NCBI GenBank assembly: GCA_001817345.1
Contig: MHIE01000019.1
Location: 10,380 to 74,379, forward strand
DNA length: 64,000 nt
DNA from: Candidatus Buchananbacteria bacterium RIFCSPHIGHO2_01_FULL_44_11
GTDB lineage: Bacteria; Patescibacteriota; Patescibacteriia; Buchananbacterales; UBA6539
Direction of reading: 5' to 3'
The first letter of the stretch is position 1. Every line of letters starts with the position of its first letter. The notes beneath the pieces are model-generated. The model ran no database searches. It was not told where the DNA came from and was given only the letters and a program-made list of their open reading frames with translations. A program made the translations under genes and the position numbers. This document shows, piece by piece, positions 18,489 to 27,984 of the stretch.

Positions 18489-18598
18489 CCCCGCACCTTT
18501 TATCCATTTGTCATTTTGTCATTCCGGACTTGATCCGGAATCTGTCAGATCCTGAATCAAGTTCAGGATGACTTTAGAAAGTAAGAAAAGGTGCGGGG
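18489..18598. mobile_element. MITE (TIR CCCCGCACCTTT), 4-bp TSD TTTA, at HIT stop codon; contains nested GTCAT-type repeat
   Basis: TTTA at 18485-18488 and 18599-18602; 12-bp or longer perfect TIR. Confidence 0.75.
18517..18572. repeat. TGTCATTCCGGACTTGATCCGGAATC-type palindromic doublet
   Basis: Two inverted hairpin halves ending GGATGAC; related to 33263-33337. Confidence 0.75.
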
Positions 18599-18599
18599 T

Positions 18600-19019
18600 T
18601 TAATCAGAATCTATAAAATTTTTTATGTTCTGGACAATACTTTCTACTTCACTAGACGCATAAGATTTTCCGGTCCAAAGTTTGTGGCCATCACCGGCAA
18701 ACCTCGGAATAATATGAAAATGCAAATGGAGCACTGCTTGTCCAGCCAGTTCCCCGCTGTTTATAGTCAAATTAGCATCAGCCGCGCCAACACCGTTAAG
18801 CACTGCTGGATAGATTTTTTTTATCACTTTAATTAAATCAACGAAAGTTGCCTCAGTCGTGTCAGCGATATTTTCCGAATGGACTTTAGACACAACCAGA
18901 GTGTGACCGGGATTAATCGGATTAATGTCTAAAAAGGCCAAAATATTTTGGTCTTCATAGACTTTATAAGCTGGCAACTCACCGGCAACAATTTTACAAA
19001 AAATACAATCTTTTTTCAT
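18600..19019 (-). CDS. HIT family nucleotide hydrolase
   Basis: DCIFCKI, FLDINPINPGHTLV, GQAVLHLHFHIIPR. Confidence 0.95.
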   Translation of the reverse strand: MKKDCIFCKIVAGELPAYKVYEDQNILAFLDINPINPGHTLVVSKVHSENIADTTEATFVDLIKVIKKIYPAVLNGVGAADANLTINSGELAGQAVLHLHFHIIPRFAGDGHKLWTGKSYASSEVESIVQNIKNFIDSD

Positions 19020-19028
19020 ATCCTTGAG

Positions 19029-20645
19029 TTAAGGTTTTTGATTAACATAGAGGTAATCAATGTTAGACATCAGACCGTTAACTTTTTGTCGGTCAATCAC
19101 ATTATAGCCAGGGATCTCAGAAAAAGCAACGATATAATCCATCGGCTGACCGCGAAAAATAGTCTGAATATACCAGGGTGTCCACTCTGGACTCCGGCCG
19201 GAATAAAATTGATTTTTCTCTGACGCCCCTAGCGCCCAACCGTCCCATTCAACGCCGGCGTCAATCCGGTGGGCGGCAATGTTTTTTTCTTTAACTAACC
19301 GGTCAGCGGCAGTCCATCGGGCCTGATTCCAGGCTAAATAATTATAGGTACCAATTAAACTGTAAAACAAAAATGGTATTAAAAAGATGGTAAAGACTGT
19401 TTTTGACCACCGGCAATGCTGCAGAATAAATCCGGCGAAAATTAAAAGGCTTGGCAGCAATAGAAGCAAATAACGATCAAAAGAACTGAGGGGTAAAATA
19501 AATAAAAAATACAGTTCGCCAAAAACCAAAAAAATCCAGGCTGTCACTTGGTTTTTTTCAATTGTCTTGAAAGTCTTAGCGGCTAAAAAAATATTAAACG
19601 GTAAGGCCGCGCCTAAAATAAAGTTAATGATTAGGTAGACATTGCGGCCGCCCCAGGCGTTAATCTGACCCTGAAGAAAACCAAAGCTTGGGCCTAAACC
19701 CCACCAGTTAATGATACTGCCAAGATCTAAAAAAGTATGATGATTAAAATGTAAAATGGCGGTGATGGCTAAAGAAATCAAAAGCAGTAAAATCAAAACT
19801 TTATCTTTCAGCCACTGCCGGTTATTGACCATAACTGAAAAACTAACGGGCAGTAAAAATAATGAGATGAATAAACCGTGACCCCAAAAATTCAATAAAT
19901 AGTGCTGCCAAACTGACAAAGCTGAGGGTAAAATTACGGCGCCAATAGACAGGGGCAATAAATTGAAATAGCTTAATCCGCCATAGACACCAAACAAAAT
20001 AGCGATAGGCAAACCAAATAGCCAAATGGCCGGACGCCACCCATGCCGGTTTTGCCAAAGCCAATACCCAGCCGCGATAAATAACAGTAAGCCGACAAAC
20101 TGCCGGGTATAAAAACCAAAGACGGTAAGACTGGAAGCAAAGAAAATGAACCAGTTGTTATTTTCTTTGAAGCCGCGATGATAAAAAAACAAAGCCGTCA
20201 CTAAAAAAAATAGCGCCGGGACATCACTCATAAACGTATGAGACAAACTGAAAAAAATTGGGTTAAACCAAAGCAATAAGCTCAATAAAAAACTGGCCGG
20301 CGGCGGGTTTTTTAAATGACGCAAAAAACGGTAAAATATTATTACCGTAAAAAATCCCAGGATTAGATTACTTAGACGCAGCAAAAAAAACGAAAAGCCA
20401 AAAAGTTTACCCAAGCCAATGCCATATAAGATCGGCACGTGCAAAAAACTGGCTAATAACGGGGAATAAAAAAAATCACCATCCGCTAAATAGGAGTGAA
20501 TGGTCAAACTATGAACCCAGTCGTCAATGAGGGGAAATTCGCCAAAAGGCCTGACGAATAAAAAGGCGCCGATAAAAATAAGAAAAAAGGCGGCATAGGC
20601 CAGCCGGTCAACGGGCGAAAAAAATTTCAAACGTTCCTCCGGCAT
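19029..20645 (-). CDS. GT-C (family 39/PMT-like) membrane glycosyltransferase
   Basis: FPLIDDW after first TM, FMSDVP, many TM helices, DRYLL. Confidence 0.7.
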   Translation of the reverse strand: MPEERLKFFSPVDRLAYAAFFLIFIGAFLFVRPFGEFPLIDDWVHSLTIHSYLADGDFFYSPLLASFLHVPILYGIGLGKLFGFSFFLLRLSNLILGFFTVIIFYRFLRHLKNPPPASFLLSLLLWFNPIFFSLSHTFMSDVPALFFLVTALFFYHRGFKENNNWFIFFASSLTVFGFYTRQFVGLLLFIAAGYWLWQNRHGWRPAIWLFGLPIAILFGVYGGLSYFNLLPLSIGAVILPSALSVWQHYLLNFWGHGLFISLFLLPVSFSVMVNNRQWLKDKVLILLLLISLAITAILHFNHHTFLDLGSIINWWGLGPSFGFLQGQINAWGGRNVYLIINFILGAALPFNIFLAAKTFKTIEKNQVTAWIFLVFGELYFLFILPLSSFDRYLLLLLPSLLIFAGFILQHCRWSKTVFTIFLIPFLFYSLIGTYNYLAWNQARWTAADRLVKEKNIAAHRIDAGVEWDGWALGASEKNQFYSGRSPEWTPWYIQTIFRGQPMDYIVAFSEIPGYNVIDRQKVNGLMSNIDYLYVNQKP

Positions 20646-20648
20646 AAC

Positions 20649-21128
20649 TTAATCCGCTTGCCAGTCAAAACTAATTTTTGAATCGTCAAAAGCGATTCGC
20701 TCTTCGTCGGGATTTTTAGGGTTATAAGACTTGGTCGTGTGATAAAAAAGTAAAACCGGCTCTTGACCAATGACTTTGTAACCGTGAGCCACGCCGACCG
20801 GGATTAAAACCAATTTATATTTATCGCTGCCGGCATAAATGACCTGGGTTTGGCCCTGGGTCGCTGAATTTGGCCTTAAATCGTAAAGAACAATCTTAGC
20901 CTGGCCGGAGGCGACAAACCACAAATCAGCCTGATTTTTATGCCAATGAAAGGCCTTAATCGCCCCGGGGTAAGCGACGGTAAAAGTTGATTGACCGAAC
21001 TCTTGAAGTAAATTTTCATCCTGGCGCAAAACTTCCATGAGAAAGCCGGGCTGTTCCCCGGCCAACTGAACCGCATCAGCAATGTCTTGATGAACCGTCA
21101 AATTTTTTATTTTTACTCCTTCAATCAT
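20649..21128 (-). CDS. rfbC: dTDP-4-dehydrorhamnose 3,5-epimerase family cupin
   Basis: GAIKAFHWH, DLRPNS, IPVGVAHGY; start MIEGV at 21128. Confidence 0.85.
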   Translation of the reverse strand: MIEGVKIKNLTVHQDIADAVQLAGEQPGFLMEVLRQDENLLQEFGQSTFTVAYPGAIKAFHWHKNQADLWFVASGQAKIVLYDLRPNSATQGQTQVIYAGSDKYKLVLIPVGVAHGYKVIGQEPVLLFYHTTKSYNPKNPDEERIAFDDSKISFDWQAD

Positions 21129-21149
21129 TGTGGTGTTAACTGTCAAATG

Positions 21150-21347
21150 TTAATTGTCAATTATTGATATTATACCGGCAACTAGACTGATAAGCAAGAA
21201 CCAAACGGGATTAAACCAGGTTGTCACAAAACCGGGCTGCCAGAGCTCCAATAAAAACAAAATGACAAAAACAATAAAAAAGAAACGGAAAAATATTTCG
21301 CTCAAAGCGACAAAAAAATTTTCATTGTTTTCTTTGAATAATTTCAT
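21150..21347 (-). CDS. Small two-TM membrane protein
   Basis: Two hydrophobic helices, ELWQPGFV; overlaps neighbour by 4 bp. Confidence 0.6.
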   Translation of the reverse strand: MKLFKENNENFFVALSEIFFRFFFIVFVILFLLELWQPGFVTTWFNPVWFLLISLVAGIISIIDN

Positions 21348-21853
21348 CTCAGTAAAGTCACAGCTAAGGCTTTGATTTTCAACTGATCCTGGGGTTGACC
21401 GCTGGTGGAGATTAAAAACCGAGTCAGGTTTTTTGGTTTTAGCAAAATTTGCAAATCAAAATAAAAAGTGGCTTTTTGCCAGCCGTCGGCCAGCGAAATG
21501 ACGCTGACCGGCTTAACTAAATAGTACTGCCAGCCCGGCCCGACCTGACCACCCAGCTCAATTAATTTTCTCTCCCCTTCTTGATAAATAAGTTCGATCC
21601 GCGCTTGTTTAAACCAAGGCAGGGTGCGGACGTCAAAATAAACCGGACTGTCTAAAATCAACTGATCATCGTTTTCTAATTTTTGCCTGGGCGGCGGCCC
21701 AATCTGAGAAATGGCCGGCCGATCTTCGCCCAGGCTTGCGGCAATCACCAAGGCATTATCGGCTGGGAAATTCAGGTTGAATAAAATTAAGCCGGCTAAA
21801 ATTGCACCCAGGATCAAAACATAGCTGATAAATTTTAACAAAATTTTTTTCAT
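21344..21853 (-). CDS. Hypothetical membrane-anchored protein
   Basis: N-terminal TM helix; operonic spacing. Confidence 0.6.
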   Translation of the reverse strand: MKKILLKFISYVLILGAILAGLILFNLNFPADNALVIAASLGEDRPAISQIGPPPRQKLENDDQLILDSPVYFDVRTLPWFKQARIELIYQEGERKLIELGGQVGPGWQYYLVKPVSVISLADGWQKATFYFDLQILLKPKNLTRFLISTSGQPQDQLKIKALAVTLLR

Positions 21854-21858
21854 TTAAT

Positions 21859-23505
21859 TTAATCAAGAATCACTTGGTAAAGTATCTCATGATCAAGTTT
21901 AAGAAGGGTTTTTAGCTTAAAGCCCTCGGTAAATTCCGTTGTCGGCTCCGGGCCCAGGGCAAAATAATAAACCGGCGCCAATTTAGCCAGCTCGGGAGTC
22001 AAAGTCAACAATTGTTTATTTAAAGACAAAGCGTCAAAAGTATGAATCACTTTCCGTTCGGGAAAAAATAACTTGTCCTTGCGAACGGTAATAATCACCG
22101 CCTCAGGCTCAGTGACCGAAATCACCTGGGCCGCGTCCTGACGATATTCCAAAATCCGCTGCCGGACCGGCAAGATACTATCGGGCTTAGCCCGTAAAAC
22201 TAAATCCGCCGACCGATAAAAAATAAAGGTTAAAACAATCAACAGAACCAGCCCGCTTAAACGCTTGGGGAAAAACTGAATCAACCAAAGCAGCGCTGTC
22301 GCCACTAAAGGCAGAGAAAACAGATAAATCGGCAGCCAATAGCGAACATAAGAAATACCTAGGGTATTTAAATTAAGGGTCAATTTGTCGGAAAATTCCC
22401 AGCTGCCGTAGTAAACCGCCAGAATAGCTGAGACCGCTAACCCAGCCAGGATATAAGCAAAAATTTCAGTTTTAGCACCCCGCCGCTGGCTTAAATAGAC
22501 GACCAGGCCCAAAATTGCCGGCAGCGCCAGCCACCAAAGTCTGAGGATAAAATGGGTTAAAAAATTATAACCAATCAAAAAAGGATGAAAACCAAAAGGC
22601 AAAATTAAAGACTGGACAGCCTGACAGGCCGAACAAACCGGTGCGCTATCATTCTGCAGCTGGTCATAGCCGGTGGAAAAAAAGCTGCCGTACAAAATAT
22701 AATTCTGATTGAAAGAAGGAATCAAAATCAAGACGACAATGGTCAGAAAAAGCGCCAAGCGCAAAGGTTTGATGCCGCGGCGCCAATAAAAAAATAAGGC
22801 AAAGAAAATAACCAAAAGCCAGATAATTTCCGAAGGCCGGATAGCGATCGCTAAACCGGCGAAAAGGGCGGATAAAATAAGCTGGTAAAAACCAATACCG
22901 CCGCTCAGTTGACCCCGGCCGACCAGCCGGCCCCAGGTGCCGTCATCAGCCAATTGGATTCTGGCACTGTGACTAACAATCAAAAAGTAAAGGCTAAAAA
23001 TAGTGCAAGCGATAAAAGCGACATTAGGCAGCATTGAAGTCAGCGAATAATACCACCAGGCCGGATGGAAAAACATGATGACCGCCGACAGCACTCCGAC
23101 TGGTTCGCTGAAAATCCGTCTGATGATGCCGTAAAATGCCAGAACCGCCAGAACTGACAAAATGGGCGTGAAATAAATCAAAGCCGCTTGGCTGAAAACT
23201 TTGACCAAGCTGCCATAAATTAGTATCAATCCCAAAAAACTGCCGGGCAAAAGCGAGCCGGAATCAGAAACGTTAAAACTGCGCGGATGAATTTGATTTT
23301 GGGCAACTGCATTTAAAGGCTCGGGAATAGAAAGCTGGCCGCTTTGAGCATATTGGTTAACCCAAAAATAATTGGCCACTTCATCCGGCCAGTCAAATTT
23401 ATAGCCGACAGGTTGGTCAAAATTTACCGGCGTTACCAGCCAAAAGTTAACTGCCAAGAAGATCAAAGCCAGCGGCAATAAAACTAAATTTTGTTTTTTT
23501 ATCAT
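21859..23505 (-). CDS. GT-C-like multi-pass membrane glycosyltransferase
   Basis: WPDEVANY, AIAIRPSE, YVRYWLP; about 12 TM helices. Confidence 0.65.
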   Translation of the reverse strand: MIKKQNLVLLPLALIFLAVNFWLVTPVNFDQPVGYKFDWPDEVANYFWVNQYAQSGQLSIPEPLNAVAQNQIHPRSFNVSDSGSLLPGSFLGLILIYGSLVKVFSQAALIYFTPILSVLAVLAFYGIIRRIFSEPVGVLSAVIMFFHPAWWYYSLTSMLPNVAFIACTIFSLYFLIVSHSARIQLADDGTWGRLVGRGQLSGGIGFYQLILSALFAGLAIAIRPSEIIWLLVIFFALFFYWRRGIKPLRLALFLTIVVLILIPSFNQNYILYGSFFSTGYDQLQNDSAPVCSACQAVQSLILPFGFHPFLIGYNFLTHFILRLWWLALPAILGLVVYLSQRRGAKTEIFAYILAGLAVSAILAVYYGSWEFSDKLTLNLNTLGISYVRYWLPIYLFSLPLVATALLWLIQFFPKRLSGLVLLIVLTFIFYRSADLVLRAKPDSILPVRQRILEYRQDAAQVISVTEPEAVIITVRKDKLFFPERKVIHTFDALSLNKQLLTLTPELAKLAPVYYFALGPEPTTEFTEGFKLKTLLKLDHEILYQVILD

Positions 23506-23619
23506 AATTTGCCAATCAGCGGTCAAAATCTAAAACTAGACCCTAACCTCCCTGCCTAGGCCGGAGTCCCTTACCAATAATTATACCAAAATTTAGCGAT
23601 TTTGTGGTATACTGACTCC

Positions 23620-25761
23620 ATGGGAAAGATCAGCCAGGCGAAATATCTTATTATTACTGTCATCCTTTGCTCGGTTATAATTTTTAATTTTGTCCAATGG
23701 CAAAATCCCGGCCTCGGCACTTTTTTTGGCCTGCTTTATCTGATATTTTACAGTTTTATTTTTGGTTCAATCTTTATTTCTCCGGCTGGCTGGCCAGCTC
23801 TTTCGGCGGACAAAAGCGCCGCCGGCTGGCAATTAATTTTGGGCTTACCCCTGTTACTAAGTTTAATTGCTATCCTGGGCACGGTGGCAATTTATTTTTA
23901 TCAACTTAATGACCTGATTTTTGGCCTCCTGGTGGTAGCCATACCGCTAATTTTAGTTACTCCATATTACTATTCTACTCCGCCGCAAAAATTCAGCCTC
24001 AAAGAAACGATCCTCAAACACTTTGACAAAGTTTTAGAGCGCAAGGAAACCAAAGTTAACGTTATCTTAGTTTTTGGCTATCTGACCCTGGCTATTATTG
24101 CTTTCACGTTCCTTTGGTCTGGCCAAACCAGTCAGTCAATCCAAAGCCCCTGGCAGACGGTATTCAGTAAATTTTTCCTGGTCTATTTTTTGGCCACCCT
24201 GTTTCTCTTCACCTATATCCTATTATCCAAGAGAACCAAGCTGCCCTTAATTTTACTCATCGTCCATACTTTCTTAAGCACCTCAGTTGCCTTGATCGTC
24301 TACCAAATCGGTTATGGCTTTGATCCTTTTATCCACCAGGCAACTGAAGAAGTGATTAATCAAACCGGCACGATTAAGCCCACACCGCTTTATTACCTGG
24401 GCCAGTACGCTATTGTCGTTTTTTTGCATAAATTAACCTTGCTAAAAATCGTTTTCATTGATCAGTCGCTTGTCCCCCTGCTGGCGAGTTTGCTTTTGCC
24501 GACAACGACTTATTTTGTTTTTCACTATTGGCTGAAAAGACCTCAGGCCCTGACTCTGGCGATGCTGATGCTGGTTGTGCCTTATGGCGGCTTTATCATG
24601 ACCGCCCCGCAAAACCTGGCTAACTTGTTTTTTGTCATCACTATTCTTTTATCTTTACTTTACTTCCGCGGCCAAATTACCATCTCCATCTTCTATCTTT
24701 TGGCCGCCGCCACAATCGTCATCCACCCCCTGGCAGGATTACCGCTCCTGATCACTATCTTTTTATTCAACTTGTTCAAAGCTTTATACGACAGCTACAA
24801 ACGATACCTCGGCTTATTCTTTCTCACCGCCGTGGTTTTTGTTTTTGTCATGCCCCTGGCTTTTATTATCAACGATTCCGGCATAAACCTCGCTCGACCT
24901 AATTTAAGTTGGCACGCGCTCAATCCTTTAGCATGGGTCAATCGGTTTGATTTACCGCTTGATTTGGTATATTTAATTAACTTTAACCAGCTGATTTTAG
25001 CCCTATTGATTATTGGTACGGGCATTATTTATTTAAAAAAACATCAGCTCCTGAAAAACAATGCCGTTTATTTAATTGCCGCTTTGGTAATCTTGGCCAA
25101 TTTTTTTCTCGTCAAATATTTCCTGACTTTTCCTAGCCTGAGTGACTACGATAAAACTTATTTTGTCAACCGGCTGAGCCTCTTAGCCTTTTATGTTTTG
25201 CTGCCGATATTTTTAATCGGCCTGCATCTTATTATCAAAAGATTTTTTGGTCATGATATATTCGGTAAATTCTTCATTGTTTTAACCCTGAGCGGCTTAA
25301 TCACCGCTTCGCTCTATCTATCTTATCCGCGAGTCAACCTGTATGAGCCGGCTAAATTTTTCAGCGTTTCAGATTCCGACCTGAAAGCGGTCCGGCTGAT
25401 TGAACAAACCGCCAGCCCGCAACACGTGGTCTTGGCTAATCAAATGGTCGGAGTCGCAGCGATCAAAGAATTCGGCTTTAAACAGTATTACAACGGCCAA
25501 TTCTACTACTCCATGCCTAACGGTCCGGATAAAACCTTTTACGACTTGTATTTAGAGATGATTTATCAAGGAGCAAAAAAAGAAACCATGCTTAAAGCCA
25601 TGGCCGAAGCAAAAACCGATCAAGCCTATTTTGTTTTGAATCAATACTGGCGCGATTCAGAAAAAATCGCCGAACAAGCAAAGCAGTCGGCGGACAAAGT
25701 TTACTCAATTGATGAAGGTGAAATCTATATTTTTGAATACAACCTCGAAAATCCCGGCTAA
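23620..25761 (+). CDS. Large multi-pass membrane protein (possible GT-C-like)
   Basis: Many TM helices; YGFDPFIHQA, HPLAG motifs; likely start MGKIS. Confidence 0.6.
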   Translation: MGKISQAKYLIITVILCSVIIFNFVQWQNPGLGTFFGLLYLIFYSFIFGSIFISPAGWPALSADKSAAGWQLILGLPLLLSLIAILGTVAIYFYQLNDLIFGLLVVAIPLILVTPYYYSTPPQKFSLKETILKHFDKVLERKETKVNVILVFGYLTLAIIAFTFLWSGQTSQSIQSPWQTVFSKFFLVYFLATLFLFTYILLSKRTKLPLILLIVHTFLSTSVALIVYQIGYGFDPFIHQATEEVINQTGTIKPTPLYYLGQYAIVVFLHKLTLLKIVFIDQSLVPLLASLLLPTTTYFVFHYWLKRPQALTLAMLMLVVPYGGFIMTAPQNLANLFFVITILLSLLYFRGQITISIFYLLAAATIVIHPLAGLPLLITIFLFNLFKALYDSYKRYLGLFFLTAVVFVFVMPLAFIINDSGINLARPNLSWHALNPLAWVNRFDLPLDLVYLINFNQLILALLIIGTGIIYLKKHQLLKNNAVYLIAALVILANFFLVKYFLTFPSLSDYDKTYFVNRLSLLAFYVLLPIFLIGLHLIIKRFFGHDIFGKFFIVLTLSGLITASLYLSYPRVNLYEPAKFFSVSDSDLKAVRLIEQTASPQHVVLANQMVGVAAIKEFGFKQYYNGQFYYSMPNGPDKTFYDLYLEMIYQGAKKETMLKAMAEAKTDQAYFVLNQYWRDSEKIAEQAKQSADKVYSIDEGEIYIFEYNLENPG

Positions 25762-26930
25762 ACCCGCAGCTGCAGCAGCTGCTTGATATAATTGGCGGTG
25801 GAAAAATTGCGAACGGAAATAAAACAATTTTTGCTCAGTTCATCAATCAATTCCGGGTGAGCCAAAAAATGCTCTAAAACCTCAACGAGGTTTTTTTCGT
25901 TACCCGGGATAAAGGTAAAGCCGTTGTAGTTATCTTTAACCAGCTCCCCAATGCCGCCGATGTCGGACGCAATCACCGGCACGTTAGCGACTAAACTGTC
26001 GTAAATCACGACCGGCGAATTTTCATAGCACAAAGACGGCACCACGGTTAAATCGGCCTGGCGGTAATAAGCCAAAAGCTTTTCGGGTTCAATGTAACCG
26101 GCTAAGCTGAAATGTTTGTCTGAACCGATACTTTTAGACAGCCCGGCCTGCATTGAGCCGCTGCCGACTATCGTCAAATGCCAATTATTTAATTTTAACT
26201 TTTGACAGGCGGCAATTAGTAAATCAATACCTTTGGCGCTTTCGAGTTGGCCGACATAAAGCAGATTAATCAGCTTGTCGGTTTTAGCCGCTGGGGCTAA
26301 TTTTTCCACTTTTTCAAAAACGATTGGATTAGGCAAAACCGCCTTTTTTGATTCATAAAAAAATCCCCTGACTTTGTAATAATCCAAAAGCCAGGCCGAA
26401 GGCGAAACAATGATATCGGGGTTGTTAAATAGCCAGCGGCAAATTTTTTCATAAAGTTTGTCAATCACTAAAAACGGTTTTTCTTTGTTGAAAAGGAGTA
26501 AACCGGAGGGCCGGGACAGTTGAACATCATGGATAGTGTGAATATGCTGAAAGCCAAGCTTTTTGATGACCCGCGGCACCAAATAACCGATGCCCTTAAG
26601 ATTATGGGTAATGACTAAATCCGGTTTTTCCTGTTTTAATATTTTTTTAACCAGATGACGGCCAAAAAAATTAAAAACGTCCAGCGGATGCCAAATCAGC
26701 CTGAGCCAAATTGGCCGTTTATTAATGTCCAAAAAAGAAAAAATATTCCTGGGGTTGACCCGGTAAATGGTCAGATTACCAAACTGAACCTTGTCATTTT
26801 TACGGCCCAAGGTAATTAAAATCACCTCGTGGTTAAGTTGCTTTAGCCCGTCAATCACCCGGTGGACAACGACTTCAACCCCGCCGCGGTAATAAGGCTC
26901 ATAAAGACTGTTAATCAGACAAATTTTCAT
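25758..26930 (-). CDS. Glycosyltransferase family 4
   Basis: GGVE, TIHD, YVGQLESAKG, PSLCYENSP, SDIGGIGE. Confidence 0.9.
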   Translation of the reverse strand: MKICLINSLYEPYYRGGVEVVVHRVIDGLKQLNHEVILITLGRKNDKVQFGNLTIYRVNPRNIFSFLDINKRPIWLRLIWHPLDVFNFFGRHLVKKILKQEKPDLVITHNLKGIGYLVPRVIKKLGFQHIHTIHDVQLSRPSGLLLFNKEKPFLVIDKLYEKICRWLFNNPDIIVSPSAWLLDYYKVRGFFYESKKAVLPNPIVFEKVEKLAPAAKTDKLINLLYVGQLESAKGIDLLIAACQKLKLNNWHLTIVGSGSMQAGLSKSIGSDKHFSLAGYIEPEKLLAYYRQADLTVVPSLCYENSPVVIYDSLVANVPVIASDIGGIGELVKDNYNGFTFIPGNEKNLVEVLEHFLAHPELIDELSKNCFISVRNFSTANYIKQLLQLRV

Positions 26931-27099
26931 AGCTTAATATTATTTGTCATTCCATCTTAATAAAATATAACAAAGTTGATATTGTAATTTTATGGCATTT
27001 TGGCTAAAATATCAATGGGATTCGCATAATACTAGTTAGACAAAATTGCCATTAACCCTTCCGGAAAATTTAATGAATAATAGCACTAAAACTAAGAAT

Positions 27100-27516
27100 A
27101 TGAAGATTGGAATAATTAGCTCAATGCAAAATACCGAAAAAATGGTCGAGATAAGAGACCAACTTAACAGGATCGGCCATGAGGCATTCATAACAGAATT
27201 CCATTATGCTTTCATTGGTAAAAGTAATGAAGAAAAAGATAATATCAAAAAAGAACAACGAGGAGGAGAAATTGATACAATCAGGGAATTCTGGAATCTG
27301 ATGCAAGGAGCAGACGCCGTTCTTGTCCTAAATTTAGATAAACGTGGAATAAAGAACTATATAGGAGCCAACACTCTTATGGAAATTGGTTTTGCTCATG
27401 TCCTCCTTCAGAAAATATTTTTCTATAATCCAATACCTGATATGCCTTATTGTAAAGAAGAATTGGAAGCTGTACATCCAATTATCATCAATGGAGATCT
27501 CTCTTTAATTAAATAG
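27100..27516 (+). CDS. Nucleoside 2-deoxyribosyltransferase-like hypothetical protein
   Basis: ADAVLVLN...YIGANTLMEIGFA resembles the NDT superfamily Glu motif; likely start MKIGII. Confidence 0.55.
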   Translation: MKIGIISSMQNTEKMVEIRDQLNRIGHEAFITEFHYAFIGKSNEEKDNIKKEQRGGEIDTIREFWNLMQGADAVLVLNLDKRGIKNYIGANTLMEIGFAHVLLQKIFFYNPIPDMPYCKEELEAVHPIIINGDLSLIK

Positions 27517-27546
27517 ACGGGCTATCTAGTCTCACTAATAAATACC

Positions 27547-27574
27547 AAAAAAGCCGCTGGGATAACCAACGGCT
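27547..27574 (-). terminator. Intrinsic terminator after vanZ
   Basis: Minus strand AGCCGTTGG-TTATC-CCAGCGGCT-TTTTT. Confidence 0.6.
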
Positions 27575-27600
27575 CAGTCAAAAATATCCAATCCGATTAA

Positions 27601-27984
27601 CTAATCAAGCGTCTTTCTCAATTGTAGTGAATTTAGAATAATAAAAGTCAAAGTACCAATACTGTCAACGCCAACATCAAGTAAACTGGCCGACCGACCC
27701 TTGATAAAACTCTGATGCCACTCATCGGTGGCGGCGGACAAAACAGCTAAAAACAAAGCTAAGACTAATCGCTTTTTAGAGCTTAAGCGATACTGACCCA
27801 AGGCCCGAAACAACAAAAAAGTCAAAACAAAATACTCAGCCATATGAGCGATTTTGCGAAAAATCAAATCCCAGAATGGCTCAAGCTCTGATTTTAAATC
27901 CGGCTGGTGGGAAAAATAATAAATCACCCCAAGCCATAAAATTACCACCAGCCAATTAATGAATTGTTTTGTTCTTAGTGTCAT
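27601..27984 (-). CDS. VanZ family protein
   Basis: RKIAHMAEY, TDEWHQSFIKGRSASLLDV; ATG 27984 lies inside the adjacent repeat. Confidence 0.85.
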   Translation of the reverse strand: MTLRTKQFINWLVVILWLGVIYYFSHQPDLKSELEPFWDLIFRKIAHMAEYFVLTFLLFRALGQYRLSSKKRLVLALFLAVLSAATDEWHQSFIKGRSASLLDVGVDSIGTLTFIILNSLQLRKTLD

